Position numbers and translations under genes: made by a program. Under the pieces are notes generated by a model. It searched no databases and had not been told where the DNA came from. It worked only from the letters and a program-made list of their open reading frames with translations. DNA of 64,000 nucleotides, from assembly GCA_016297695.1 (NCBI GenBank), contig JAEDGC010000004.1, forward strand, positions 8,074-72,073, read 5' to 3'. This document shows, piece by piece, positions 29,079 to 38,099 of the stretch; within the stretch, counting starts at the first letter, position 1, and each line of letters starts with the position of its first letter. This stretch comes from Bacilli bacterium (lineage in GTDB: Bacteria > Bacillota_I > Bacilli_A > RF39 > UBA660).

Positions 29079-29510
29079 ATGAAACTAGAAGAAATGTCAC
29101 AAGCAGAATTAGAATCAATGAATTATGATGATATAGCATATATGATTTTAAAAGAAGAAAATAAAAAAATGAAAATTAATGATTTATTTAAAAGAATATG
29201 CGAAATTTTAAACTTAGGACAAGATGTATTTGAAAATCAAATTGCAGATTTTTTTGAAATAATGACAACTGATAAAAGATTTACTATGTTAGAAGACGGT
29301 TATTGGGATTTAAGAATTAATCATAGTCAAAAAATAGTTCTAGATGATGAATTTGAAGAAGATGAAGAAGAACTTGAAGAAGAATTAGAAGAAGAACTTG
29401 AAGATGAAGAAAATGAAGATATCTTCTATGATGAAAATTCTGATGACGATGAACCTGATGACGATTTAAAAGACTTAGTAATAATCGATGAAGAAGAAGC
29501 AAATGAATAA
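29079..29510 (+). CDS. rpoE: DNA-directed RNA polymerase delta subunit
   Basis: N-terminal HARE-HTH-like domain (ELESMNYDDIAYMILKE...DKRFTMLEDGYWDLR) followed by a highly acidic D/E tail, the diagnostic delta-subunit architecture. Confidence 0.88.
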   Translation: MKLEEMSQAELESMNYDDIAYMILKEENKKMKINDLFKRICEILNLGQDVFENQIADFFEIMTTDKRFTMLEDGYWDLRINHSQKIVLDDEFEEDEEELEEELEEELEDEENEDIFYDENSDDDEPDDDLKDLVIIDEEEANE

Positions 29511-29543
29511 TTTGTTTTCTTTTTCTTGTATGGAGGAATAATT

Positions 29544-30608
29544 ATGGAAAATAGATTAGAAACAATATTAAAAAAATATAATGAATTAACTGAAATATTG
29601 GCAAGTCAAGAAGTATTAAATAATTTTGAAAAATTAAAATCTTATTCAAAAGAGCAAAAAGATTTAGAAGAAACAGTTAATGTTTATAAGGAATATAAAA
29701 AAGCTAAAGAGGCGATTAATGATGCTAAAACTTTATTAAGTGATCCAGATCTTAAAGAAATGGCTCAAATTGAACTTGAAGAAAATACTCTTAAGCTAGA
29801 AGAATTAACTAAAAAATTAGAAATATTACTAATTCCAAAAGATGAAAATGATGGTAAAAATGTAATTATGGAAATTCGAGGAGCTGCAGGTGGCGATGAA
29901 GCTAATATTTTTGCTGGAGATTTGTATCGTATGTACACTTACTATGCTGAAAAACAAGGTTGGAAAATTGAAATAATAAATGAAACACCTGGTACAAGTG
30001 GTGGATTTAGTCAAGTTGAATTTTTAATAAAAGGTGAAAATGTTTACTCAAAATTAAAATTTGAAAGTGGATCGCATCGTGTTCAAAGGGTACCAGTTAC
30101 CGAGACGCAAGGGCGTGTACATACATCAACAGCAACTGTAGTAGTAATGCCAGAAGTTGAAAATGTAAACATAGAAGTTAAAGAAAGTGATATTAAAATG
30201 GATGTTTACCACTCAAGTGGAGCAGGTGGACAATCAGTAAATACATCAAATTCTGCTGTAAGACTTACACATATACCAACTGGCATAGTAGTTACATGTC
30301 AAAATGAAAGAAGTCAAGTTAAAAACCATGCTAAAGCATTAGAAATATTAAAAATGAAAATTAACGATGATATAATGCGTAAACAAGAATCAGAGATAAC
30401 TTCAGAAAGACGTAATAAAATTGGAACAGGAGACAGATCTGAAAAAATTAGAACTTATAACTATTCACAAAATAGAGTTACAGACCATCGAATTGGATTT
30501 TCAATTATGGAACTTGATAGAGTAATGGACGGTTATCTTGATCCAATTATTGAGGCACTAATAGCTGAAGATCAAAGATTAAAACTTGAAGGTGAAAAAA
30601 GTGAATAA
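29544..30608 (+). CDS. prfA: peptide chain release factor 1
   Basis: PVT tripeptide (RVQRVPVTETQGRVHTS) and the GGQ motif (SGAGGQSVN). Start at ATG 29544, after GGAGGA. Confidence 0.95.
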   Translation: MENRLETILKKYNELTEILASQEVLNNFEKLKSYSKEQKDLEETVNVYKEYKKAKEAINDAKTLLSDPDLKEMAQIELEENTLKLEELTKKLEILLIPKDENDGKNVIMEIRGAAGGDEANIFAGDLYRMYTYYAEKQGWKIEIINETPGTSGGFSQVEFLIKGENVYSKLKFESGSHRVQRVPVTETQGRVHTSTATVVVMPEVENVNIEVKESDIKMDVYHSSGAGGQSVNTSNSAVRLTHIPTGIVVTCQNERSQVKNHAKALEILKMKINDDIMRKQESEITSERRNKIGTGDRSEKIRTYNYSQNRVTDHRIGFSIMELDRVMDGYLDPIIEALIAEDQRLKLEGEKSE

Positions 30609-31314
30609 ACCAAAATACATTTCGTATAAAGATTGGGAATTATTGAATCAAAAATATTCTTCTAAACAACTAGAAGAATATTTTAATAATAACTATCCAT
30701 ATCAATACTTAATCGGAAATGTAGATTTTTGTGACAATATAATTAATGTTGATGAAAGAGTTTTAATACCACGTTTTGAAACTGAAGAATTAGTATATAA
30801 AACTTTAGATTTGGTGAAAAAAAATAAACTTGATAAACTTAAAATAGTCGATTTATGTACAGGTAGTGGGTGTATAGCTATTTCTTTAAAAAAAGAAATT
30901 AACTGTGAAATTGATGCTATAGATATATCAGAAGAAGCTTTAGAATTAGCTAGGTTAAATTCTAAAAATAATGAAGTTAATATTAATTTTATAAAGCGTG
31001 ATGTATTAAATGATGATAAATTATATAAATATGATTTAGTAATATCAAATCCGCCATATATTGATAAATCAGAAAAAGTTGGACAATCTACAAAATATGA
31101 ACCACAAATAGCATTATTTGCAAATAATAAAGGACTTGCATTTTATGAAAAAATTATAAGTAATTATTGTGCAAAAATATATGCTTTTGAAATAGGATGT
31201 AAGCAAAAAAAAGAAATTATAAACATTGCTAAAAACAATTATCCACAAGCAAAAATATTTTGCGAAAAAGATATGAATGGATTAGATAGATTTATTTTTA
31301 TCATAAATGAATAA
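30586..31314 (+). CDS. prmC: release factor glutamine methyltransferase
   Basis: SAM motif DLCTGSGCIA and catalytic NPPY (VISNPPYI). Overlaps the prfA stop. The exact start (TTG 30586 or GTG 30601) is uncertain. Confidence 0.85.
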   Translation: MKVKKVNKPKYISYKDWELLNQKYSSKQLEEYFNNNYPYQYLIGNVDFCDNIINVDERVLIPRFETEELVYKTLDLVKKNKLDKLKIVDLCTGSGCIAISLKKEINCEIDAIDISEEALELARLNSKNNEVNINFIKRDVLNDDKLYKYDLVISNPPYIDKSEKVGQSTKYEPQIALFANNKGLAFYEKIISNYCAKIYAFEIGCKQKKEIINIAKNNYPQAKIFCEKDMNGLDRFIFIINE

Positions 31315-31353
31315 AAACTTAACTAATAAAACATTATTATTTTAGGTGATAAA

Positions 31354-31851
31354 ATGAAAAAAATAATAGTGTTTTTATTTGTGTTAACAATTTTATACTT
31401 ATCTACAAACAAGGATAATATAATTATTCCCACATCTTCAATAAGATATAGAATAATAGCAAATAGCAACGAAACTAAAGATCAAATGTTAAAACTTAAT
31501 ATTAAAGATAAATTAAATAAAGAGATAATGCCTTTATTAGAAGAAGCAAATTCTCTTGAAGAATCAAGAAAATTAATAAAAAATAATTTAGAAAATATAG
31601 AAAATATTGTCTCTAAATATACAGATGATTTTAGTGTTAGTTATGGAAAAAATTATTTTCCTCAAAAAACTTATAAAGGTATAAATTATAATGAAGGTTT
31701 ATATGAATCATTAGTAATTAGTCTTGGCGAAGGTTTGGGTGATAATTGGTGGTGCGTATTATATCCTCCATTATGTTTAGTAGATGAAAATGCATCAATT
31801 GCAGAATATACAACTCTAGTAAGTGAAATATTAAATAAAAAATCCTCTTAA
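31354..31851 (+). CDS. spoIIR: stage II sporulation protein R
   Basis: Signal/TM helix, then IRYRIIANSNETKDQMLKLNIKDKL and NWWCVLYPPLCL, both hallmark SpoIIR motifs. Confidence 0.85.
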   Translation: MKKIIVFLFVLTILYLSTNKDNIIIPTSSIRYRIIANSNETKDQMLKLNIKDKLNKEIMPLLEEANSLEESRKLIKNNLENIENIVSKYTDDFSVSYGKNYFPQKTYKGINYNEGLYESLVISLGEGLGDNWWCVLYPPLCLVDENASIAEYTTLVSEILNKKSS

Positions 31852-31879
31852 TGAATATAATTTTTTAGGAGGATTTTTT

Positions 31880-32413
31880 ATGCCTGAAATATTATCAATA
31901 CTTTTGATAGCAATCGCTCTTAGTATGGATACATTTTCTGTTTCTTTAAGTTTAGGAACAGCAAATATTCCTATGAAAAAGGGAATATTTTTATCCTTTG
32001 TAGTTGGAATAATGCACTTTATAATGCCTATTCTTGGAATGTCAATTGGTTTGGTAGTTTTAGATAAGATTTTTTTAGAACATGATTTTGTTTTAGGAAT
32101 AATATTTCTCATAATATCTTTTAAAATGATTTATGATATATTCTGTGAGGAAAATGAAAATATAAAATTAAATATTATAGGAATTTTTTTATTTGCTATA
32201 AGTGTTAGTTTTGATGCTTTTACTACAGGAATTGGCCTGAGAGCATTAATATCGAATATATTTTTGGCAACAACTATATTCATGATAGTAAGCTTTTTAT
32301 TTACACTTTTAGGAATATTATTAGGAAAATATATAAATAAAAAAATGGGTCAAATATCTTCCTTAATTGGAGTAATAATACTTATAATAATGGCATTATA
32401 TTTGATTATTTAA
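31880..32413 (+). CDS. mntP: MntP/YtaF-family (DUF204) manganese efflux-type membrane protein
   Basis: Duplicated motif ALSMDTFSVS / SVSFDAFTTG and six hydrophobic helices. Only 28 nt of upstream spacer, so no riboswitch. Confidence 0.75.
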   Translation: MPEILSILLIAIALSMDTFSVSLSLGTANIPMKKGIFLSFVVGIMHFIMPILGMSIGLVVLDKIFLEHDFVLGIIFLIISFKMIYDIFCEENENIKLNIIGIFLFAISVSFDAFTTGIGLRALISNIFLATTIFMIVSFLFTLLGILLGKYINKKMGQISSLIGVIILIIMALYLII

Positions 32414-32456
32414 TAAATATATATTAAAATAAATTATAACAAAGGACAGTGAATGC

Positions 32457-33710
32457 ATGAAAAAAATCGTAATTGAAGGTAATCAAACACTTAGTGGTAC
32501 TATAAATATAGATGGAGCTAAAAATAGTGCAGTAGCATTAATACCAGCAGCTATTTTATCTGATGAATTTACTACAATTTATAATGTTCCAAATATTTCT
32601 GATAAAAATGTATTAATAAATATTTTAAAAGATTTAAATTGTCAAGTATTAGAAACTGATAATATTTTAAATATAAATAGCTCTAGTTTAAAAAATGTTT
32701 TAATTAGAGAAGATTTAACGTCAAAATTAAGAGCATCATATTATTTTATGGGGGCATTATTAGGAAAGTGTAAGCATGTCGAAATTTGTTTACCTGGTGG
32801 ATGTAATATTGGAGCAAGACCAATTGACTACCATTTAAAAGGATTCGAACAACTTGGAGCAAAAATCACCATTGAAGATAACAAATATATAATAGATGCT
32901 AAAAAATTAGAAGGTGCTAAAATATATTTAGACTTCCCTTCAGTCGGAGCAACGATAAATATAATGCTAGCTAGTGTAAAAGCTAGTGGAACAACAATTA
33001 TTTACAATGCAGCAAAAGAACCAGAAATTGTAAATGTTGCAACATTTTTAAATAATATGGGAGCTAAAATCACTGGCGCTGGTACTAGTAAAATAAAAAT
33101 TGAAGGAGTTGAATTTTTACATAAAGGAATAATTGAAGTTATTCCTGATCGAATTGAAGCAGCAACATATATAATTGCTGGAGCTTTAGTTGGAAATAAT
33201 TTAAAAATAAATGGTGTTATTAAAGAACATATGGAATCTCTTTTATCTAAACTTAGTGAAATGAATGTTAATTATAAGCTAAAAGATTTTGAATTAACTA
33301 TTAGCAAAACAGATAATATGAAACCAGTGTCTATTAAATCACAAGTTTTTCCAGGATTTGTAACAGATATGGGACAACCTATGAGTGTTTTACTTACTCA
33401 ATGTGATGGTATATCTTTTTTTGAAGAAACTATTTACGATAATAGAATGGGACACGTAAAATACTTAAATAATATGGGTGCTGATATAAAAGTAAAAGAA
33501 AATACTGAAATAATATGTGGAAAAACGAAATTACAAGGCAAAAAAGTAATTGCTACAGATTTAAGAGCGGGAGCATCTTTAGTCCTTGCTGGTTTAGTTG
33601 CAGATAAAACTACAGAAATAAGTCAAATTGATCATATCTTAAGAGGATATGCTAATATAGTTGAAAAACTTAATAATGTTGGAGCGAAAGTAAAAATTGT
33701 TGATGAATAA
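32457..33710 (+). CDS. murA: UDP-N-acetylglucosamine 1-carboxyvinyltransferase
   Basis: GAKNSAVALIPAAIL and the active-site loop LPGGCNIGARPIDYHL. 417 aa. Confidence 0.95.
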   Translation: MKKIVIEGNQTLSGTINIDGAKNSAVALIPAAILSDEFTTIYNVPNISDKNVLINILKDLNCQVLETDNILNINSSSLKNVLIREDLTSKLRASYYFMGALLGKCKHVEICLPGGCNIGARPIDYHLKGFEQLGAKITIEDNKYIIDAKKLEGAKIYLDFPSVGATINIMLASVKASGTTIIYNAAKEPEIVNVATFLNNMGAKITGAGTSKIKIEGVEFLHKGIIEVIPDRIEAATYIIAGALVGNNLKINGVIKEHMESLLSKLSEMNVNYKLKDFELTISKTDNMKPVSIKSQVFPGFVTDMGQPMSVLLTQCDGISFFEETIYDNRMGHVKYLNNMGADIKVKENTEIICGKTKLQGKKVIATDLRAGASLVLAGLVADKTTEISQIDHILRGYANIVEKLNNVGAKVKIVDE

Positions 33711-33765
33711 TCGCTCTTTTTCTTTTGTTAAAAATTTGATACAATATTTTTAGGAGAGTGATAAT

Positions 33766-34314
33766 ATGAAAATATATATCATATTAGCAATTGTAGTTTT
33801 AATAGTTTTATATGTTTTAATTGTAAACAATATAATAATAAAATATGCTAATAGAGTTAAAGAAGCTTTTTCAACTATGGATGTTTATTTAAAAAAAAGA
33901 TGGGATTTAATACCTAATCTAGTAGAAACAGTAAAATCATATGCTAAATATGAAAGTGATACATTAGAAAGTATCATAAAATTGAGAAATACTTCCTATG
34001 ATGATATGTCTAATGAAGAAAAAATCCAAAAAAATCAGGAAGCTGTTCAAGGAATAAATAAATTAATAGCTCTTTCTGAAAATTATCCTGAAATAAAAGC
34101 CAATGAAAATTTTATTGAATTAAGTAATCAATTGACGCAAGTCGAAAATGAAATTGCTAATTCTAGAAAATACTATAACGCAACAGTTAGAGAATATAAT
34201 AATAAAATTCAAGTTTTCCCAAATAACATAGTAGCTTTAATATTTAGACATAAGTCATATGAAATGTTTGAAGCTAAAGCAAATGAAAAAAATAATGTAG
34301 ATGTAAAGCTATAA
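33766..34314 (+). CDS. lemA: LemA family protein
   Basis: N-terminal TM helix plus YANRVKEAFSTMDVYLKKRWDLIPNLVETVKSYAKYE, the LemA signature. Confidence 0.88.
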   Translation: MKIYIILAIVVLIVLYVLIVNNIIIKYANRVKEAFSTMDVYLKKRWDLIPNLVETVKSYAKYESDTLESIIKLRNTSYDDMSNEEKIQKNQEAVQGINKLIALSENYPEIKANENFIELSNQLTQVENEIANSRKYYNATVREYNNKIQVFPNNIVALIFRHKSYEMFEAKANEKNNVDVKL

Positions 34315-34354
34315 GAGGATAAAATATCAAAACAAATTCTTAGAGGTGTATTTT

Positions 34355-35749
34355 ATGTATGATGTAGTAATTATTGGTGCAGGACCAGCTGGATTATTTT
34401 CTGCTTATGAGTTAATAGTAAATAATCCAAAATTAAAAGTATTGTTGTTAGATAAAGGCCCTATGGCCAAAAATAGATTTTGTCCAATGAATAAAAACAA
34501 TATTCCATGTGCCAATTGTAAAATATGTAATATAATGTCTGGCTTTGGTGGAGCAGGAACATTTTCTGATGGGAAGTTAAATTTTATTCCTAAGATTGGT
34601 AAATCAGATTTATTTAAGTATATGACTGAAGAAGAAGCTAATAAAATAATAGATGACACAGAGGTAATATTTAATAAATTTAAAATGGATAGTGAAATTT
34701 ACCCTTCAAATATTGACGAAGCTTTAGAGATAAGAAAGAAAGTGGCATTAGCTGGATCAAGGCTTTTATTAATAAGACAAAAACATTTAGGATCAGATAA
34801 ATTGCCAATATATATTCAAGAATTTACTGATTTTTTAAGTAAAAGTGGCGTAGAAATAAAAGAAAATACAGAAGTTGTTGATATTATTTCAAATTCTTTA
34901 GATGAGCATGAAATAAAATGTAAAAATCTAAAGAAAGAGTTTAGTGTAAAAACAAATAATATTATAATTGCACCAGGAAGAAGTGGCGCTAAATGGGTTC
35001 AAGAATTAGCCGATAAATATAATATTTCTTATACTTCTCAAAGTATCGAAATTGGGGTAAGAGTAGAAGTTAGAAAAGAAATTTTGGAAGATATAACAAA
35101 TGTTATATATGACCCTACTATATTTATTAAGACTGATACATATGGTGATGAAATTAGAACATTTTGTACAAATCCTGGGGGATTTGTTGCTAAAGAAAAT
35201 TATTATGGCTATATTTGTGTTAATGGTCATGCTTTGAAAGATAAAAAATCAAATAATTCTAATTTTGCCTTCATTAGTAAAGTAAATTTGACTCAACCTG
35301 TTACAAATACTAGACTTTATGGCGAATCTATTGCAAAAATAGCTAATGTTCTGGGTGATGGAAAACCTATTATTCAAACTCTTAAAGACTTAAAAAGTGG
35401 TCGAAGAAGTGAGTGGCATAGAATAAAAAAAGGGTTTATAACTCCAACTCTTAGTGACTGTGTAGCTGGAGATCTTGCATTAGTTTTACCTCATAGAATA
35501 ATTACGAATATATTAGAAGGGTTAGAAAAACTTGATAAAATAATACCTGGTGTAAATAATGATGAAACACTGCTATATGGTCCAGAAATAAAATTTTTTA
35601 GTAATGAAATTACAACAAATAATAATTTTAAATTGGAAAATTACAATATTTATTTTGTTGGTGATGGTGCTGGTAAAGCTGGCAATATAGTTACTGCAGC
35701 AGCAACAGGTCTAATTGCTGCCAGAGATATATTAAATAAAAAATTATAG
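34355..35749 (+). CDS. FAD-dependent protein (COG2509-type uncharacterised dehydrogenase)
   Basis: Dinucleotide-binding motif YDVVIIGAGPAGL and the C-terminal FVGDGAGKAGNIVTAAATG. Start at ATG 34355. The stop codon lies inside direct repeat DR1. Confidence 0.8.
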   Translation: MYDVVIIGAGPAGLFSAYELIVNNPKLKVLLLDKGPMAKNRFCPMNKNNIPCANCKICNIMSGFGGAGTFSDGKLNFIPKIGKSDLFKYMTEEEANKIIDDTEVIFNKFKMDSEIYPSNIDEALEIRKKVALAGSRLLLIRQKHLGSDKLPIYIQEFTDFLSKSGVEIKENTEVVDIISNSLDEHEIKCKNLKKEFSVKTNNIIIAPGRSGAKWVQELADKYNISYTSQSIEIGVRVEVRKEILEDITNVIYDPTIFIKTDTYGDEIRTFCTNPGGFVAKENYYGYICVNGHALKDKKSNNSNFAFISKVNLTQPVTNTRLYGESIAKIANVLGDGKPIIQTLKDLKSGRRSEWHRIKKGFITPTLSDCVAGDLALVLPHRIITNILEGLEKLDKIIPGVNNDETLLYGPEIKFFSNEITTNNNFKLENYNIYFVGDGAGKAGNIVTAAATGLIAARDILNKKL

Positions 35750-35766
35750 ACTTTTCTATAATTTTT
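35744..35766 (+). repeat. direct repeat DR1 (TTATAGACTTTTCTATAATTTTT)
   Basis: A 23/23 identical copy lies at 37814-37836. It contains the dyad TATAGA-CTTT-TCTATA. Confidence 0.9.
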
Positions 35767-35848
35767 CTTTTCTAAATCCAGCATTTGTCATAAGTTAGGC
35801 AATATTTCTTAGATTCAGATCATACAAAAGAAAATATATATAAAAAAG

Positions 35849-36919
35849 GTGATTGCTATTAAAGGTAACAAACGAGAATTTACAGAAGCGGAAATACATT
35901 ATATTATTAGTAATTGGGGAAAAGAGTCTCCTCATAGCATGAAAAAAAAGTTTAATTGCACATGGTATGCAGTTTGCAAGATAGCAGAAAAACATGGTTT
36001 AGAAATACCTACATCTAATGAGTGGACAGATGAAGAGATTGAAACATTAAAAATATTATCAGATAAATATCATTATTCTGAAATAGCAAAAATTATGAAT
36101 AAAACAGAAAATGCTATTTATATAAAGGCTAGAAGATTAGGAATAACTTTAATACAAGATAGAAGAAAATGGACAGAAGAGGAAGAAACTTTATTATCGG
36201 ATTTATGGGGAACTAAGTCTATTGAAACTATAGCAAAAACTATGAAAAGAACTGTTTTTTCTATAAAAGTAAAAGCTGTAAGAATGGGACTTGGACCTAT
36301 GGTTAGAAATAATTATGATCTTATTACAGTATCTGACATGTGTGATTTACTTAATGTTACTCGTGATAGAATAACAACTACATGGATTGATTTAGGATTA
36401 AATTTAAAAAAGAAAAAGTTAACTAATAATACGGCATATTATGTCATTACATGGAATGATTTAATGGTTTTTTTAGAGAATAATCAAAATGAATGGGATT
36501 CAAGATATGTTGAAAAAAATATGCTTGGCACTGAACCTGAATGGTTAAAAGAAAAAAGAGATAGAGATTTAAAAGAAAATCCTCTTTGGTATCGTAAGTG
36601 GAATGAAGAAGAAATAAAACAAGCAGAAAACTTATTTAAATCTGGCAAGAATTATTTAGAAATTGCCAAAATTATAAACAGAAGTGAATGGGCAGTAGCT
36701 AATTTGCTTAGGAATATGGGGTACAGTTCTATGCTTCCTCAATTTTGGAAAGGTAAAGAATTAAAATATTTAAGAGAAAATTATGAAAATATGACTTATT
36801 CAGAAATAGCAGAAGCATTGGGAAGAACAACGAAAGCTATTGGGGCTAAAGCCGAAGAACTAGGTTATCAAAAAAGACTAACAAAATCAAAAAATAATGG
36901 TGGTGAAAGTAATGACTAG
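35849..36919 (+). CDS. DNA-binding protein with five Myb/SANT-like HTH repeats and a central excisionase/MerR-type HTH
   Basis: Five ~45-aa repeats of W(T/N)xEE...L...(S/Y)xxEIAKxxxR(T/S)xxA(I/V)xxKAxxLG(I/L/Y), starting near aa 11, 59, 108, 251 and 300. The centre reads LITVSDMCDLLNVTRDRITTTWIDLGL. GTG start after AAAAAGGTG. Confidence 0.7.
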   Translation: MIAIKGNKREFTEAEIHYIISNWGKESPHSMKKKFNCTWYAVCKIAEKHGLEIPTSNEWTDEEIETLKILSDKYHYSEIAKIMNKTENAIYIKARRLGITLIQDRRKWTEEEETLLSDLWGTKSIETIAKTMKRTVFSIKVKAVRMGLGPMVRNNYDLITVSDMCDLLNVTRDRITTTWIDLGLNLKKKKLTNNTAYYVITWNDLMVFLENNQNEWDSRYVEKNMLGTEPEWLKEKRDRDLKENPLWYRKWNEEEIKQAENLFKSGKNYLEIAKIINRSEWAVANLLRNMGYSSMLPQFWKGKELKYLRENYENMTYSEIAEALGRTTKAIGAKAEELGYQKRLTKSKNNGGESND

Positions 36920-37559
36920 AAGATTATCATTGGATGAAACAAAAAAATGTTTAAGAGCATGGCGAGAACTTGCTGATAAAGAGGCATTAGAAGTTTTAAT
37001 AATTTGTAATGGTGGATTAGTTGGATTTTTTGCTAAAAAATATCTAGGGAAGGGTTTGACTTTCGAAGAATTACAATCAGCTGGTAATGAAGGTTTGTTA
37101 AATGCAATTAATAAGTTTGATTATAATGAAAAAGCAATAGAAGGATTTAGTTCCTATATTTCTACTGCAATTGAAAATCAAATGAAGAGGGAATTAAAAA
37201 AATATAATAAACATAGTCATGTATTAAGTTTTGATCAACCAATAGGTCAGAATAAAGATGGAGATGAAATGAAAATAGAAGATTTAATTGGTACTGATGC
37301 AGAACAATTAATAGAAGACGTAATATCTGAAATGAAAATAGATATTGTTCGTGAAGCTTTACAATGTTTGACTTCTAGAGAACAACAAATTATTTTATTG
37401 CGATATGGTCTTGATGAAGTACATCAAAAAACACAAGATGAGTTAGCAGAAATATTCGGATGCTCTCAAGCCACGATTGCAAGACTAGAACAAAAAGCAT
37501 TAGTAAAAATGAGACATCCAAGGAATACAAGAAAATTAAAAGATTTTATAGAAGAATAG
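36912..37559 (+). CDS. sigma-70 family RNA polymerase sigma factor
   Basis: Region 2 (ELQSAGNEGLLNAINKFD...FSSYISTAIENQM) and region 4 (REQQIILLRYGL...TQDELAEIFGCSQATIARLEQKALVKMR). ATG 36912 overlaps the upstream stop within ATGACTAG. Confidence 0.88.
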   Translation: MTRRLSLDETKKCLRAWRELADKEALEVLIICNGGLVGFFAKKYLGKGLTFEELQSAGNEGLLNAINKFDYNEKAIEGFSSYISTAIENQMKRELKKYNKHSHVLSFDQPIGQNKDGDEMKIEDLIGTDAEQLIEDVISEMKIDIVREALQCLTSREQQIILLRYGLDEVHQKTQDELAEIFGCSQATIARLEQKALVKMRHPRNTRKLKDFIEE

Positions 37560-37813
37560 TTATGTAATTTTAATAAAACCTTAGTACCACGTATTCTTAA
37601 AAAAATTAATGCTGTTCATTCTGTTCAGTTACGTTCACTGAAAATATTTTATATTCATTATTGAACGAAGATTATAGATTTATTTATGGGTATATTGAAA
37701 AATCTAAAATATATAAATGATTATGAATGATAATAAATATAAAAGTTAAAGATACTTGAAAGTATTTTTTTAAAATCTTAAATGAAATTTTTCTGTTTGT
37801 TAAAAAACAAATT

Positions 37814-37836
37814 TTATAGACTTTTCTATAATTTTT
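37814..37836 (+). repeat. direct repeat DR2 (TTATAGACTTTTCTATAATTTTT)
   Basis: Identical to DR1. A partial copy, ATTATAGATTT, lies at 37681-37691. Confidence 0.9.
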
Positions 37837-37861
37837 TTTGATTAATTAAATATAATTAAAT

Positions 37862-38017
37862 ATGAATAATTATTATTGGAAAATGTTAAGCTTATTTTTA
37901 ATATTAGTAATAGTATTTTCTTTCTTTAAAGCAAATGCCTTACTTCCATTATCTGGAAAGATAATAATTGTAGATCCAGGACACCAACGATACCTGATAA
38001 CAAGGTATATAAAATAA
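37862..38017 (+). pseudogene. cwlD: 5' fragment of cwlD (germination-specific N-acetylmuramoyl-L-alanine amidase), interrupted after codon 41
   Basis: MNNYYWKMLSLFLILVIVFSFFKANALLPLSGKIIIVDPGH matches the CwlD N-terminus (Bacillus: LPLSGKIIYLDPGHGGPDGG). After GH the frame reads QRYLITRYIK* instead of GGxD. Too short to appear in the ORF track. Confidence 0.75.
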
Positions 38018-38099
38018 GGACTTTTAAAGAAAAGTTCTTTTTTTTATGTGTGTTTACTTTGTCATGTAGAGATAGCATGGCAGATTAGAAAGGAGGAAT

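Larger units (their letters stand above)
35767..37813. mobile_element. 2.05-kb two-gene insertion module bounded by 23-bp direct repeats (no recombinase gene inside)
   Basis: Lies between DR1 and DR2, separating the stop of the FAD-protein gene from the cwlD promoter region. Carries only the Myb-like repeat protein and a sigma factor, plus 250 nt of non-coding DNA. Confidence 0.55.

Noticed and set aside
28565-35230. Small antisense or alternative-frame ORFs 28565-28750, 29317-29502, 29829-30014, 31831-32112, 34405-34659 and 35006-35230
   Set aside because: Each lies inside a confidently identified housekeeping gene (argS, rpoE, prfA, spoIIR/mntP, FAD protein) on the opposite strand.
35795-35995. 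Minus-strand 66-aa ORF at the left end of the sigma module
   Set aside because: It overlaps the 5' end of the Myb-like repeat gene in antisense and has no RBS.
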